NCBI RefSeq assembly: GCF_003334785.1
Contig: NZ_QOWV01000009.1
Source of the DNA: Escherichia coli
Lineage (GTDB): Bacteria; Pseudomonadota; Gammaproteobacteria; Enterobacterales; Enterobacteriaceae
Length of the DNA: 64,000 nucleotides
Reading direction: 5' to 3' (one strand)
This document shows positions 11,339-24,862 of the stretch, one piece after another; within the stretch, counting starts at the first letter, position 1; each line of letters opens with the position of its first letter. The notes under the pieces are model-generated. The model searched no databases. It had not been told where the DNA came from and was given only the letters and a program-made list of their open reading frames with translations. Position numbers and translations under genes: made by a program.

Positions 11339-12310
11339 TTACGGCAGAATTGACGGCTGATCCGCCCCTTCTTTTTCCACTTTCTGCTGCAACATGTGTT
11401 CGCGCTTCATACCCAGTTTCAGAGCCAACGCAGATGCCACATAGATGGAAGATGCAGTACCGATGGAAACACCGATAAGCATGGTCAGCGAGAAGCCTTC
11501 CAGTACCGGACCACCGAAGAGGTACAGCATCAGGATAACCATCAAGGTAGTACCGGATGTGATCAAGGTACGGTGCAGCGTCTGGGTCAAGGACACGTTA
11601 AAGATTTCGTAAGGCGTACCGCGACGGATCTTGCGGAAGTTTTCACGAATACGGTCCGATACCACGATACTGTCGTTAAGCGAGTAACCGATAACCGACA
11701 TCAACGATGCCACAATGGTCAGGTCAATCTCGATATGGAATAACGACAAAATACCCAGCGTAATGATAACGTCGTGCGCCAGCGCAATAACCACCCCTGC
11801 CGCCAGTCGCCACTCAAAGCGGAAACCTACGTACACGAGGATAGACAGCAGCGCTGCCATCAACGCCATCGCACCGGTTTGCGCAAGGTCTGCCCCCACG
11901 CTCGGACCGACGAACTCAATACGCTTCACTGCTGCATTCTGATTGGTGGATTCGTTAATCACCTTCAGAACCTGGCTGCCCAACACCTGACCGCCGGTTT
12001 CGCCTTCAGCAGGCGGCATACGGACCATGATGTCATGGCTGCTACCAAAGTTTTGCAGCATCGGCTCTTCAAAACCGGCTTTTTGCAATGCATCACGCAT
12101 TACGTCAATTTCAGCCGGTTTTTCGAGCGTAATTTCAATAACCGTACCACCGGTGAAATCCAGCCCCCAGTTAAAGCCGCGCACGCCCATAATAACGATA
12201 GCAGCGATTAACAGCAGACCAGAGATGCCGAAAGCCCAGTAGTCCCAGCGCATAAAGTCATAGACTTTACGGCCGTGGTTTAGTTGTTCAACAGTATATT
12301 CCTGTGCCAC
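11339..12310 (-). CDS. secF: Protein translocase subunit SecF
   Basis: ORF-track frame 11339-12355; start placed at the GTG giving (M)[27 protein letters not shown]... (323 aa). Confidence 0.92.
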
Positions 12311-12320
12311 ATCGCACTCC

Positions 12321-14168
12321 TCAGATTGACAGCTTCTTGACGCGCTTGCCGCCATATAGCAGGTTTACGATGGCACGCGTACCGACAATCGCGGTAAACA
12401 TCGACGTCGCCACACCGATACCGGTAGTAATCGCGAACCCTTTAATTGCCCCGGTACCCACTGCGTACAGGATGATGACTTTAATCAGCGTGGTGATGTT
12501 CGCATCGAAGATAGAACTGAATGCGCCACGATAACCTTCATCAATTGCCTGTTGAACAGTACGTCCGTTGCTCAACTCTTCTTTAATACGTTCGTTGATC
12601 AGTACGTTCGCATCGACCGCCACCGCAAGGGTTAAGACGATACCCGCGATACCTGGCATACTCAGCGTTGCGCCTGGCAACAGCGACATAATGCCGACGA
12701 TTAAGATCAAGTTGGCAATCAGAGCACTGGTCGCAATCAGACCAAACTTCTTATAGAAGATGATCATGAACAGAATAGAAACCAGCAGACCGGCAAGGCA
12801 AGCCTCCAGCCCCTGTTCAATGTTCTGCATACCCAGGGTTGGGCCAATGGTACGTTCTTCAACAATCTGAATCGGCGCGATCAACGCACCGGCACGCAGC
12901 AGCAGTGACAGCTGACGGGCTTCGTTCGGGTTGTTGATGCCGGTGATACGGAAGCTGTTACCCAGACGAGACTGGATGTTGGCGATGTTAATCACCTCTT
13001 CCTGTTTCACCAGAACCGCACGACCATTTGCATCTTTCTTACCGCTGTCTTTGTACTCCACAAACAGGGTTGCCATCGGTTTGCCGATGTTGTCCTTAGT
13101 GAAGTTAGACATGATGTTACCACCAGCGCTATCGAGCGAGATGTTAACCTGCGGTTGGTTGTATTCGTCCTGGCTGGAAGTGGAGTCGGTGATATGGTCA
13201 CCGGTCAGAATTACGCGTTTGTACAGCACAACTGGCTGACCTTCGCGGGTCTGTTTCACTTCAGAGTCGCCCGGTACGCGACCGGATGCCGCAGCGGCCT
13301 GGTCAACGTTGGTGTTTACCAGACGGAATTCCAGCGTTGCCGTCGCACCCAGAATCTCTTTCGCACGCGCAGTGTCCTGAATACCTGGCAGTTCAACAAC
13401 GATACGGTCAGCACCCTGACGCTGAACCACCGGCTCCGCCACGCCAAGTTGGTTTACACGGTTACGCAGGATATTAATGTTCTGCTGCACCGCATATTCA
13501 CGCGCTTCACTCAGACGAGCATCGCTCATTACCGCACGCAGCTGGTTGCTGCCCTGGCTGCTAATCACCAGGTCCGGATGGCGCTTGCTCAGATACGCAA
13601 TGGCTTCATCACGAGCTTTAGCATCGCGGAAAGTGATGCTCAGGCCGTAGTTGTTTTCTTTACGAACAGTGGTATACGGGATGCCCTTTTCGCGCAGGTC
13701 ACTGCGTAGGCTATCGATATTTTGTTCCTGGAGTTTGCCAAGCGCGGTGTCCATATCCACTTCCATCAGGAAGTGAACGCCGCCACGCAGGTCAAGGCCG
13801 AGCTTCATCGGCTCAGCGTGAATAGCTGCCAGCCAGCGCGGCGTTGCCGGGGCAAGGTTAAGCGCCACGACGTATTTGTCACCCATAACGCCCATTAATG
13901 CTTCACGAGCGCGCAACTGGGTGTCAGTGGAGTCGAAGCGCGCAAGAATAGCGCCCTCTTCCAGTGCCACAGACTTAGCAGTTATTTTTTCTTCTTGTAA
14001 CGTTTTCTGGACCTGGATCAGCGTTTGCTCACTGGCGGCGACTCCGCGCGCACCAGTGATCTGAACAGCCGGATCCTCACCAAACAGGTTGGGAAGCGCA
14101 TACAGCAGACCGATGACAATCACCACGATCAGCATGACGTACTTCCACAAAGGATAACGGTTTAACAC
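12321..14168 (-). CDS. secD: Protein translocase subunit SecD
   Basis: 615-aa [40 protein letters not shown]... recognised as SecD. Confidence 0.96.
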   Translation of the reverse strand: MLNRYPLWKYVMLIVVIVIGLLYALPNLFGEDPAVQITGARGVAASEQTLIQVQKTLQEEKITAKSVALEEGAILARFDSTDTQLRAREALMGVMGDKYVVALNLAPATPRWLAAIHAEPMKLGLDLRGGVHFLMEVDMDTALGKLQEQNIDSLRSDLREKGIPYTTVRKENNYGLSITFRDAKARDEAIAYLSKRHPDLVISSQGSNQLRAVMSDARLSEAREYAVQQNINILRNRVNQLGVAEPVVQRQGADRIVVELPGIQDTARAKEILGATATLEFRLVNTNVDQAAAASGRVPGDSEVKQTREGQPVVLYKRVILTGDHITDSTSSQDEYNQPQVNISLDSAGGNIMSNFTKDNIGKPMATLFVEYKDSGKKDANGRAVLVKQEEVINIANIQSRLGNSFRITGINNPNEARQLSLLLRAGALIAPIQIVEERTIGPTLGMQNIEQGLEACLAGLLVSILFMIIFYKKFGLIATSALIANLILIVGIMSLLPGATLSMPGIAGIVLTLAVAVDANVLINERIKEELSNGRTVQQAIDEGYRGAFSSIFDANITTLIKVIILYAVGTGAIKGFAITTGIGVATSMFTAIVGTRAIVNLLYGGKRVKKLSI

Positions 14169-14195
14169 GGCAATTCCCTTAGGGAAAAATTTTAA

Positions 14196-14528
14196 TTACA
14201 GCGCCTTCATGGTGCCTTTCGGCAGGACGGCAGCTACGAAGTCACGTTTAATAACTACTTCAGTGGTGTCATTCAGCGCGATAGCAATGTAGCCGTTTTC
14301 CGCTACTTTGGTTACGCGACCAACCAGGCCACCGTTCGTCAGAACTTCATCACCTTTGGCAATGGAGTCCATCAGCTTTTTGTGTTCTTTGGTGCGCTTC
14401 TGCTGTGGACGCAGGATCATGAAATAGAAAATCAGACCGAATACCACCAGCATCAAAATCAAAGACATCGGGCTACCTTGCGCCGGTGCACCCGTTGCCG
14501 CTACCGCATCAGAAATAAAAAAGCTCAT
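14196..14528 (-). CDS. yajC: Sec translocon accessory subunit YajC
   Basis: ORF-track frame 14196-14558; start placed at MSFFISDAVAATGAPAQGSPMSLILMLVVFGLIFYFMILRPQQKR (110 aa). Confidence 0.92.
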   Translation of the reverse strand: MSFFISDAVAATGAPAQGSPMSLILMLVVFGLIFYFMILRPQQKRTKEHKKLMDSIAKGDEVLTNGGLVGRVTKVAENGYIAIALNDTTEVVIKRDFVAAVLPKGTMKAL

Positions 14529-14550
14529 TAAATTTCCCTCATTATTAATA

Positions 14551-15693
<1,143 letters not shown>

Positions 15694-15733
15694 TCAGAAA
15701 AACAGTCCAACGTTTTAAACCAGCGCCGCGGAA

Positions 15734-16804
15734 TTACTCCCCGACGCGCTCATTAATTGCCTGCGGATTGTACGTGATAAACATCGCATCACCGTAACTA
15801 AAAAAGCGATATTTCTCTTCTACCGCTGCTTTATAGGCGTTCATGGTGTGTTGATAACCGGCAAAGGCCGAAACCAGCATAATCAGCGTCGACTCTGGCA
15901 AGTGGAAGTTCGTCACCAGCGCATCGACCACTTTGTACTGGAAGCCCGGATAGATAAAGATTTGGGTATCGTCGAAGAACGGTTCAATGAGATCGTTTTT
16001 CGCTGCCTGAGCCGCGCTTTCCAGCGAACGTACTGAAGTGGTGCCAACCGCAATCACCCGGTTACCGCGCGCTTTCGCCGCCAGTACCGCGTCTACCACA
16101 TCCTGCGGTACTTCAGCGTATTCCGAGTGCATGATGTGATCTTCAATGGTGTCGACGCGCACCGGCTGGAAGGTGCCCGCACCAACGTGCAACGTCACAA
16201 ACGCCATCTCCACGCCTTTGGCGCGCAATTTTTCCAGCAAAGGCTCGTCAAAATGCAGACCTGCGGTCGGGGCTGCAACCGCGCCCGGTTTTTCGCTATA
16301 AACGGTTTGATAAAGTTCGCGGTCAGCGTCTTCGTCCGGACGGTCGATATACGGCGGCAGCGGCATATGGCCGATGCTGTTGAGAATATCCAGCACCGAG
16401 CGTTCATCATTAAATTCGACTTCAAACAGTGCGCCGTGGCGCGCGGTCATTGTTGCGTTAATACTTTCGTCATCGCCCAGCAGCAGTTCTGCGCCAGGTT
16501 TTGGCGCTTTCGAGGCGCGAATATGCGCAAGAATGCGTTTGTCGTCGAGCATCCGTTCAACCAGCACTTCAATCTTGCCGCCGCTGGCTTTACGCCCAAA
16601 CAGGCGCGCCGGGATCACGCGGGTATTATTAAAAACCAGAAGATCGCCGGGGTTGAGCTTATCAAGTAAATCGGTGAAAGTACCGTGCGTCAGCGCGCCC
16701 GTCGGCCCGTCCAGCGACAGTAAACGACAGCTACTGCGTTCAGGCATGGGATAGTGGGCAATCAGGGATTCGGGCAATTCAAAGGAGAAATCGGTAACGC
16801 GCAT
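15734..16804 (-). CDS. queA: S-adenosylmethionine:tRNA ribosyltransferase-isomerase
   Basis: 356-aa [36 protein letters not shown]... recognised as QueA. Confidence 0.96.
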
Positions 16805-16896
16805 GACACTGACTCAGACTAAAATAAGAGGCGGGTAGTCTAGTGCCGGGGCGCTCTCCCTGCAACCTTTACCCCCTTTTGGATAGAATATAATCG

Positions 16897-17478
16897 ATGA
16901 ATTTTTTAGCTCACCTGCATTTAGCCCATCTCGCGGAAAGCTCGCTTTCCGGCAATTTACTGGCTGATTTCGTACGCGGAAATCCTGAAGAAAGTTTTCC
17001 GCCCGACGTCGTGGCTGGCATTCATATGCATCGACGTATCGACGTATTGACTGACAATCTGCCGGAAGTCCGCGAAGCACGGGAGTGGTTTCGTAGTGAA
17101 ACGCGCCGCGTTGCGCCTATTACGCTGGATGTCATGTGGGATCACTTTCTTTCCCGCCACTGGTCGCAGCTGTCGCCGGACTTTCCGCTACAGGAATTTG
17201 TCTGTTATGCCCGCGAGCAAGTGATGACGATTTTGCCGGACTCACCGCCACGTTTTATCAATCTGAACAATTACTTGTGGTCAGAGCAGTGGCTGGTGCG
17301 CTATCGCGATATGGATTTCATCCAGAACGTGTTAAACGGCATGGCAAGCCGCCGCCCACGTCTGGATGCCCTGCGTGACTCCTGGTACGATTTAGACGCT
17401 CATTATGACGCCCTCGAAACCCGCTTCTGGCAGTTTTATCCGCGGATGATGGCGCAGGCGTCACGCAAGGCGTTATAA
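16897..17478 (+). CDS. acpH: Acyl carrier protein phosphodiesterase
   Basis: 193-aa [35 protein letters not shown]... recognised as AcpH. Confidence 0.92.
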   Translation: MNFLAHLHLAHLAESSLSGNLLADFVRGNPEESFPPDVVAGIHMHRRIDVLTDNLPEVREAREWFRSETRRVAPITLDVMWDHFLSRHWSQLSPDFPLQEFVCYAREQVMTILPDSPPRFINLNNYLWSEQWLVRYRDMDFIQNVLNGMASRRPRLDALRDSWYDLDAHYDALETRFWQFYPRMMAQASRKAL

Positions 17479-17482
17479 AACG

Positions 17483-19297
17483 TTAGTTCATCCATACCGT
17501 AGCCGAAATGGCAGGCAAAGCCAGAATCCCGTCAGTCAGTTGCCCATGCCCTTCTTTGCATTGCCATTGCACGGCATTGAGAAACGGTGACGCGGGTAGC
17601 ACCACTTCACAGGCCTCGCCACGGTTGATTGCCACCAGTACACGTTGCTGATTCAGCACGCGGACAAATACCACCACGTTATCTTCCGCATACAGCACCT
17701 GACAGCCGCCATGACGTAGCGCCTGACTTTTCTTACGCAGCGCAATCATTCGCTGGTACAGCGCGAATAACGCCGTATCCTGCTTTTCCACCTGCCAGGG
17801 GAACGGTTTACGGCAAAACGGATCGTTTTTGCCATCCAGTCCTACTTCATCACCGTAATAAATGCACGGTACACCAGGCCAGGTGAACAGCCAGACCACC
17901 GCCAGCGGCAGGCGCGCAATATCCCGACCGAGCAGCGTTTTAAATCGCGCAGTATCGTGGCTGTCGAGCTGATTAAACATACGTAATTGTTGTTGATGAG
18001 AAAGCCCTGCGCGGTAATTATCCATCCAGGCCATACAGGTTTGGGCATCAATTTGCTGCGGATCGTAAGAGATATCGGTATTGGCAAGAAATCCCCACAA
18101 CGGGAATGTGAAGCCACGATAGTTCATGGCGGCATCTTCCACATCGGCCTGTAACCATTGCCGTGCATCGCCAAAATGTTCGCCGACAATATACGCTTCC
18201 GGCTGGGTTTCTTTCGCCGCTTCGGTGATCCCGGCAACGTGCTGCATATTATTGCGCGCCCCACCCGCCTCCCCCAGCATATGCACCACATCCAGCCGCC
18301 AGCCGTCCATATTCCACGGCGCTTTCAGCCAGTGGCGGACAATACTGTCTTCCCCGCGATAAATTTCATTCACCAGACTTTCCGACTGATAATCCAGCTT
18401 CGGCAAGCTGGCATAGCCAAGCCAGTCGAGCGCCGTGCCATCATCACTAAACGAGTACCAGTCGCGCCAGGGCGATTCGGGGTTGTGACAAGCACCACCC
18501 GTGCCACGATTATGCCTGTCAAACCAGGCATGGGAATCGCCACTGTGGTTAAACACGCCGTCCAGCACCAGCCGCATTCCCAGCTGCTGCGTATTGTGTC
18601 GCAAACGCAGCAACGCCCCATCACCGCCAAACTGCGGATCGACATGGCGATAATCCTCGGTATCGTATTTATGTACGCTGGGAGCTTTAAACACCGGATT
18701 GAGATACAGCGCTGTCACGCCAAGCTTTTTCAGATACGGCAGTTTTTCGCTTATCCCGTCCAGATCGCCGCCATAGAACGTTGATCCGCCCGCCTGCGCC
18801 GTGACCGGTTCATCCCAGTCACGCAAGATGATCTCTTGTCCGGCTGCATGATGGTAATAGACATGATCCTGTTCAGCTTCACGAGGAAGACTACGCGCAA
18901 AACGATCAGGGAAGATCTGATAAAAAATCTGATCCGCAGCCCATTGTGGGCCGATATCCGGTACATCGACGGCAAACTGCTCCAGTCGTGCCGGCGGCAT
19001 TCGGCTGAAGCCCTGCGGTGTAAACCAACGCTGGCGATCGTGCCACAGCAGTTTGAAACTGTAACGCCGCCGGGGTTGTCCGCTGGAGAGATCAATCGCC
19101 GCACGCCATGCGGTGACGCCAGGCTGCGGCTGACTGCGCTGCTTATGCATCGGTACTGACATTTCTTCGTTATCGTGTTCTGTACGCAGCATAATGCGCT
19201 GCGGTGGGTCTTCGCCCGTCAGCCACAGTGTAATGAGCAGTTGATCTTTGCTTTGTTTAACAAATGGGGGCACCGGCAGGTGCCATGCATTTAACAT
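17483..19297 (-). CDS. malZ: Maltodextrin glucosidase
   Basis: GH13 alpha-amylase-family ORF; track frame begins with two consecutive ATGs (MMLNAW...), the second taken as the start. Convergent with acpH with only 4 nt between stops. Confidence 0.92.
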
Positions 19298-19455
19298 CAT
19301 AATTCCCCTGTGATGAAAATCTGATCACCTTGCCATAGCCTAATGCAGGATCACTCATCATCTGAAGGATATTTGGGGGAGGAGGACGGGGGCGGATAAC
19401 TTTCGGAATAGCCGGATCAGGATTTCCTCCTGAACCGGCTTACAGAACGCAAGGA

Positions 19456-20829
19456 TTACTGGTTTTCAGCCAGCTGACGATCGTGGCGGCGTTTAAACAT
19501 CCAGCCAATCAACAGCACAACAATCCACGCGAAACCGACATACAGCGAGATACGCGTATCCGGGTGATAACCAATCAACCCGATAATAAAGAGCAGGAAA
19601 ATCAGCCCGCCGATGGTCGTTGCTACCCCACCCGGCACTTTAAATTTCAGCGCCTTAACTTCTTCTGGCGGCAAACGGCGACGGAAGGCAATTTGCGACA
19701 GCAGGATCATAATCCACACCCACACCGTGGCGAAGGTTGCCAGCGAAGCGATCACCAGGAAGACGTTTTCCGGCATGATGTAGTTCAGATACACCGCAAA
19801 CAGCAGCGCGGTAGTCATCACCAGCACCGTAACCCACGGAATACCGCGACGCGACGTTTTGCTGAAAATTTTCGGCGCGCTGCCCTGCTCTGCCATACCG
19901 TGGAGCATACGGCCTACGCCAAATACATCACTGTTAATTGCCGACAGCGAAGCAGTCAGCACAACAAAGTTAAGAATGCTGGCGGCAAAGGTAATGCCCA
20001 TATGCTGGAACGTCAGCACGAACGGGCTACCGGCAGTGCCAACCTGATTCCACGGGTAGATAGACATAATGACGAACAGCGTACCGACGTAGAACACCAG
20101 AATACGCATCGGCACGGAGTTAATCGCACGCGGTATCGATTTCTCAGGATCTTTCGCTTCACCGGCGGTAATCCCGATAATTTCGATCCCACCGTAAGCA
20201 AACATCACCATTTGCAACGACATTACCATGCCAAGCCAGCCGTTACTGAAGAAGCCGCCGTTGCTCCACAGGTTATGAATACCGGTCGGTTGCCCGCCGT
20301 TGCCAATCCCCCAGATGATGATGCCGAAACCGGCGACAATCATGATGATGATGGTGGCGACTTTAAAGAACGAGAACCAGAATTCCAGCTCACCGAATAC
20401 CTTCACGCTCATCAGGTTTACGGCGCAAATGATCAGCACCACGCTCAGTACCCAAATCCAGTGCGGCACCGTCGGGAACCAGACACCCATATAGATACCA
20501 AAAGCGGTCACATCGGCGATGGCGACAATAAGGATTTCAAAGCAGTAGGTCCAGCCGGTAATGTAACCTGCCAGCGGGCCGAGGTTTTCCTGCGCATAAC
20601 GCGAGAAAGAGCTGGCGGCCGGGTTATGTACCGACATTTCCCCCAGCGCACGCATAATGATATACGCCGCGATACCACCGATAATATAGGCCAACAACAC
20701 GCTCGGACCGGCCATTTTGATGGCGTCTGCCGAACCGTAAAACAGCCCGGTGCCAATTGCTGAACCCAGTGCCATAAAGCGTATGTGGCGGGTACTTAGC
20801 CCACGCTTTAGCTTGTTCTTACTTTCCAT
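19456..20829 (-). CDS. proY: Proline-specific permease (APC family)
   Basis: ORF-track frame 19456-20832 begins at a TTG; start placed at the ATG giving [34 protein letters not shown]... (457 aa). Confidence 0.92.
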   Translation of the reverse strand: MESKNKLKRGLSTRHIRFMALGSAIGTGLFYGSADAIKMAGPSVLLAYIIGGIAAYIIMRALGEMSVHNPAASSFSRYAQENLGPLAGYITGWTYCFEILIVAIADVTAFGIYMGVWFPTVPHWIWVLSVVLIICAVNLMSVKVFGELEFWFSFFKVATIIIMIVAGFGIIIWGIGNGGQPTGIHNLWSNGGFFSNGWLGMVMSLQMVMFAYGGIEIIGITAGEAKDPEKSIPRAINSVPMRILVFYVGTLFVIMSIYPWNQVGTAGSPFVLTFQHMGITFAASILNFVVLTASLSAINSDVFGVGRMLHGMAEQGSAPKIFSKTSRRGIPWVTVLVMTTALLFAVYLNYIMPENVFLVIASLATFATVWVWIMILLSQIAFRRRLPPEEVKALKFKVPGGVATTIGGLIFLLFIIGLIGYHPDTRISLYVGFAWIVVLLIGWMFKRRHDRQLAENQ

Positions 20830-20904
20830 CAATTCCTAACCCATCAACACAATAAAAAACCACGGGGCATCGCAGCCCCGTGGTTAAAACAAATGTTCAG
20901 TGAT

Positions 20905-22224
20905 TTAGTGAGCGCTGGAGGTCACCTGACGACCTGCCGCGCGATCCCAGATAATGGCCAGAACCACCATCACCACTGTTGGCATTAACCACGCCAGACC
21001 TTGTTCGGCCAGCGGTAAACGCTGCGCCCAGGACGGTAAGATATCGCTGAATGCAGATGCTTTGATCCCGTCGAGAATACCAAAAAGCAGGCTGATAAAC
21101 ATCGGCGGAGCAATCACGCGGGACGAATTATGCCACCATGAGCGTGTAAAACTTAATACAACCAGTGCGATACACGGCGGATAAATAGCGGTCAGCACCG
21201 GTACGGAGATCTGGATCAGCTGGCTTAAGCCGAGGTTAGAAACCACCATCGAGAAGCCGCCGAGGATAAACACCAGCGTACGATAAGAGAGCGGTACGTA
21301 CTGGGCAAAGAATTCTGCACAAGCACAGGTCAGGCCAACTGCCGTTACCAGGCAGGCGATGAAGATTAACGCCGCCAGCAGGAAGCTACCGCCGCCGCCA
21401 AAGGTGTGCTGAACGTAAGCATGCAGAATAGCAGCGCCGTTTGCAGACTGATCGACCAGCGACGCGCTGTCTGACCCCAGACGGAACAGCGCCAGGTACA
21501 GCAGAGTCAGACCAACACCCGCCATCAGGCCAGCCCAGACGGTATAACGGGTCAGCAGACGCGCTTCGGTAACGCCACGAGAACGCGCCGCGTTAACAAT
21601 AACGATACCAAACACCATTGCGCCCAGCGTATCCATGGTCAGATAGCCGTTAACGAAGCCGTTAGAAAACGCAGCGTTTTGATAAGCCTCAGTCGCCGTG
21701 CTGATAGAACCCGCCGGCCAGACAATAGCGGCAACAGACAGGATGACCAGCGCGATAATTTTCAGCGGCGCAAGGAAGTTGCCCACGGTATCCAGCAGCT
21801 TGCCCGGATAGAGCGAAACCAGAATAACGATAGCGAAATAGACCAGGCTGTAGATAAACAGCGGCAGCGCGGAATCACCCGTCAGCGGCGCAATCCCCAC
21901 TTCAAAGGAAACGGTAGCTGTACGCGGCGTAGCGAAAAGCGGCCCCACCGCCAGGTAACAAACCGTTGCCAGCAGTACGCCAGCGACTTTACCGATTGGC
22001 GTGCTGAGGCTGTCAACACCGCCGCCAACTTTTGCCAGCGCCACTACCGTTAATACCGGCAGGCCAACGGCAGTAATGAGGAAGCCGAATGCCGCAGTCC
22101 AGACGTGTTCGCCTGCCTGTAAGCCGACCATTGGAGGGAAAATAATGTTACCTGCGCCGACGAACAACGCAAATGTCATAAAGCCCAGAGCGATGATATC
22201 GCGCGATCTTAATTGATGGGTCAT
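20905..22224 (-). CDS. brnQ: Branched-chain amino acid transporter (LIVCS family)
   Basis: 439-aa polytopic membrane [37 protein letters not shown]... recognised as BrnQ. Confidence 0.93.
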   Translation of the reverse strand: MTHQLRSRDIIALGFMTFALFVGAGNIIFPPMVGLQAGEHVWTAAFGFLITAVGLPVLTVVALAKVGGGVDSLSTPIGKVAGVLLATVCYLAVGPLFATPRTATVSFEVGIAPLTGDSALPLFIYSLVYFAIVILVSLYPGKLLDTVGNFLAPLKIIALVILSVAAIVWPAGSISTATEAYQNAAFSNGFVNGYLTMDTLGAMVFGIVIVNAARSRGVTEARLLTRYTVWAGLMAGVGLTLLYLALFRLGSDSASLVDQSANGAAILHAYVQHTFGGGGSFLLAALIFIACLVTAVGLTCACAEFFAQYVPLSYRTLVFILGGFSMVVSNLGLSQLIQISVPVLTAIYPPCIALVVLSFTRSWWHNSSRVIAPPMFISLLFGILDGIKASAFSDILPSWAQRLPLAEQGLAWLMPTVVMVVLAIIWDRAAGRQVTSSAH

Positions 22225-22574
22225 AAATCATACTGCCTGTGGATGTGGTGTTGTAACGTTAAATTTTTGTGCCAATCCCTGGGGATGATACAGCGGTATA
22301 TTTAAACAATTTTAGCGGGAAATACTCCCAACCAGGCGCGGCGAAGAATAGTTTTTCGATTTACCGCGTTAATGCAGTCAGTATGACAGCACCTGAAGCG
22401 CAATTTAAACGCTTATAACGTTTTAAAGCAAGGAGGGATCTAAAAACCAGAGGTATATAGCGATAAGAAATCACCAACCAGTATAAAACACTATTTCCGT
22501 GAAAAAGACATGGCTAATCATGCGAACAAAAAATCACCAACCGTTGTAAAATCTAACGCCCGTATTTTGACTGC

Positions 22575-22603
22575 AAAGAAAATAAGCCAGCATCGACTGG
22601 CTT
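22575..22603 (-). terminator. Putative terminator downstream of phoR
   Basis: Minus-strand hairpin (arms aagccag / ctggctt, 22584-22603) followed by a U-rich stretch (plus-strand aaagaaaat 22575-22583); about 30 nt after the phoR stop. Stem is short, so moderate confidence. Confidence 0.45.
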
Positions 22604-22630
22604 ATGGCAATAAAAGATGACAAAGGCGGA

Positions 22631-23926
22631 TTAATCGCTGTTTTTGGCAATTAAACGTTCCGGGATAACAAAACTGAAACGTGTTCCTTTTCCTACTGTA
22701 CTCTCAATATTCAGGCGACTTTCGTGATGATTCACAGCATGTTTCACGATCGCTAACCCTAATCCGCTACCGCCGGTTTGCCGGGAACGCGCTTTATCAA
22801 CGCGATAAAAACGCTCGGTCAGGCGCGGAATATGCTCCGGTGCAATGCCCGGTCCGTTATCTTCAACGCTAAATTCGGCACCGTGCGGCACTCGCTGCCA
22901 GCGTACGGTGATATGCGTGCCTTCCGGCGTATGATTCACGGCGTTATAGACCAGGTTCGAAATCGCACTGCGTAGCTGATCTTCGTTGCCAGACACCTTG
23001 AGGCCGTTATCTATCTCAAAGGTAAATGTCTGTTTTTTCTGACTCAGAGTCTGAGCCTCGCGCTCAACAACGCGCAGCATCATCGGCACATCAACCTTTT
23101 CATTGAGCAAATGCGTCGGTGCGGCTTCTATTTTCGACAGCGTCAGCAATTGCTTCACCAGTCCTTCCATCCGCTGGGTCTGCTCGCGCATGGTGTGCAA
23201 CGCTTTTTCGCGTACCGCGCCTTCCAGCGGCTGCTCATTCATCATCTCCAGGTAACCCTGTAACACGGTCAATGGCGTACGTAACTCATGGCTCACGTTG
23301 GCAAAAAAGTTACGCCGCGCCCCTTCCAGTTGATGCATTTGCGTGACATCACGCGCCACCATCAGCAACTGTTTGTGGGTATAAGGCATGACGCGAATTT
23401 CCAGATGCCGCCCGGTGTTGAGCACCAGATTGAGCGGGCGAGAAAAATCACGCGTTTTCAGATATTGCGTAAACTCCGGGTAACGCAGTAGGTTAAGGAT
23501 GTTCTGCCCGTTATCTTCCGGCCAGCGCAAACCAAGAATTTGTTGCGCCAGACCGTTACACCAGAAAATACCGCCCTCTTCCGTGGTCAGCACCACCGCG
23601 TCGGGCAGCGACTCCGCGCCGCTACGAAAGCGTTTAATCAGATTGCCCAGTTCACGGCGGCGTTTTTTATTTCGCAGCTGCATCTGGTGTAAGCCGTATA
23701 GTAGCGGTTCCCAGCTACCACGCCCCGGTGGCGGGGTCATACTGCGATCCACCCACAGCCACCATGAAAGGCGCAATAAATTCCAGAAATGCCAGATAAG
23801 CAGTCCTGTTACCGATGCCAGCAAAAACCAGGGCAGGTAACCAAAAAATGCACCCAGGATGAAAGCCGGGAGGCAGCAAAGTAGCAGCTCCAGCACCAGC
23901 CTTTTCCACGACAGCCGTTCCAGCAC
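22631..23926 (-). CDS. phoR: Phosphate regulon sensor histidine kinase PhoR
   Basis: 431-aa ORF with N-terminal TM segments, H-box ([14 protein letters not shown]) and ATPase domain; immediately downstream of phoB. Confidence 0.96.
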   Translation of the reverse strand: MLERLSWKRLVLELLLCCLPAFILGAFFGYLPWFLLASVTGLLIWHFWNLLRLSWWLWVDRSMTPPPGRGSWEPLLYGLHQMQLRNKKRRRELGNLIKRFRSGAESLPDAVVLTTEEGGIFWCNGLAQQILGLRWPEDNGQNILNLLRYPEFTQYLKTRDFSRPLNLVLNTGRHLEIRVMPYTHKQLLMVARDVTQMHQLEGARRNFFANVSHELRTPLTVLQGYLEMMNEQPLEGAVREKALHTMREQTQRMEGLVKQLLTLSKIEAAPTHLLNEKVDVPMMLRVVEREAQTLSQKKQTFTFEIDNGLKVSGNEDQLRSAISNLVYNAVNHTPEGTHITVRWQRVPHGAEFSVEDNGPGIAPEHIPRLTERFYRVDKARSRQTGGSGLGLAIVKHAVNHHESRLNIESTVGKGTRFSFVIPERLIAKNSD

Positions 23927-23983
23927 GTAAGATACTCCAGTTAAGAAATCATAAGCCCTGCTCTGCGTCCGATGAGCAAGGCG

Positions 23984-24673
23984 TTAAAAGCGGGTTGAAA
24001 AACGATATCCTGTACCGCGCACGGTCTGCACCATGCGGTCATGCCCGCCGGGCTCCAGTGCTTTACGCAGGCGACGAATGTGGACATCGACCGTGCGGTC
24101 TTCCACATACACGTTAGTTCCCCAGACGTGGTTTAACAGCTGCTCGCGGCTGTACACGCGCTCAGGATGCGTCATAAAAAAGTGCAGCAGTTTAAATTCT
24201 GTCGGCCCCATCTCCAGCGGCTCTTCGCCCGCCATCACTCGGTGAGATGTCGGGTCGAGACTTAATCCCTGCATCTCAATCACCTCTTCCACCGCCATTG
24301 GCGAAATACGGCGCATTACCGCTTTGATTCGCGCCACCAGCTCCTTCGGCGAAAACGGCTTGGTGATATAGTCATCCGCGCCGGTTTCAAGGCCGCGCAC
24401 GCGATCTTCTTCTTCCCCTCTGGCGGTCAACATCACCACTGGAATATCCCGGGTCATCGACTCGCGCTTGAGGTGTTTGATGAACTGGATACCGGAGCCG
24501 CCAGGTAACATCCAGTCAAGGAGAATTAAATCCGGCCAGGGTTCATTCAGTTGATTCACAGCACTGTCATAATCTTCCGCTTCGACCGGCTGAAAGCCAT
24601 TTTGTTCGAGCACGAAGCAGACCATTTCGCGAATTGGAGCTTCATCTTCTACGACCAGAATACGTCTCGCCAT
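23984..24673 (-). CDS. phoB: Phosphate regulon response regulator PhoB
   Basis: 229-aa [30 protein letters not shown]..., receiver domain plus OmpR-type winged helix. Confidence 0.97.
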
Positions 24674-24726
24674 GATTTGCCCTGTTGTAATAAATAGGTT
24701 GCGATCATTAATGCGACGTCATTATG

Positions 24727-24754
24727 CGTCAGATTTATGACAGATTTATGAAAA
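24727..24754 (-). promoter_or_regulatory. Pho box upstream of phoB (autoregulation)
   Basis: Minus-strand sequence reads TTTTCATAAATCTGTCATAAATCTGACG: tandem 7-bp CTGTCAT-type direct repeats spaced about 11 bp apart, roughly 55-80 nt upstream of the phoB start. Confidence 0.7.
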
Positions 24755-24862
24755 GCTCGTCGCACATATCTTCAGGTTATTGATTTCCGTGGCGCAGAAA
24801 AAAGCAAATGGCACATCTGTTTGGGTATAATCGCGCCCATGCTTTTTCGCCAGGGAACCGTT

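Noticed and set aside
19301-19455. MalT boxes upstream of malZ (gggggaggagg motif) and a hairpin after proY
   Set aside because: The GGAGGA-like motif is suggestive of MalT binding, but I could not place repeats with the expected spacing by eye, and the proY hairpin is imperfect with no U-run; too weak to annotate.
19483-20763. 426-aa plus-strand ORF antisense to proY
   Set aside because: H/R/Q/N-rich low-complexity translation with no motifs, fully contained within the well-supported proY permease gene on the other strand.
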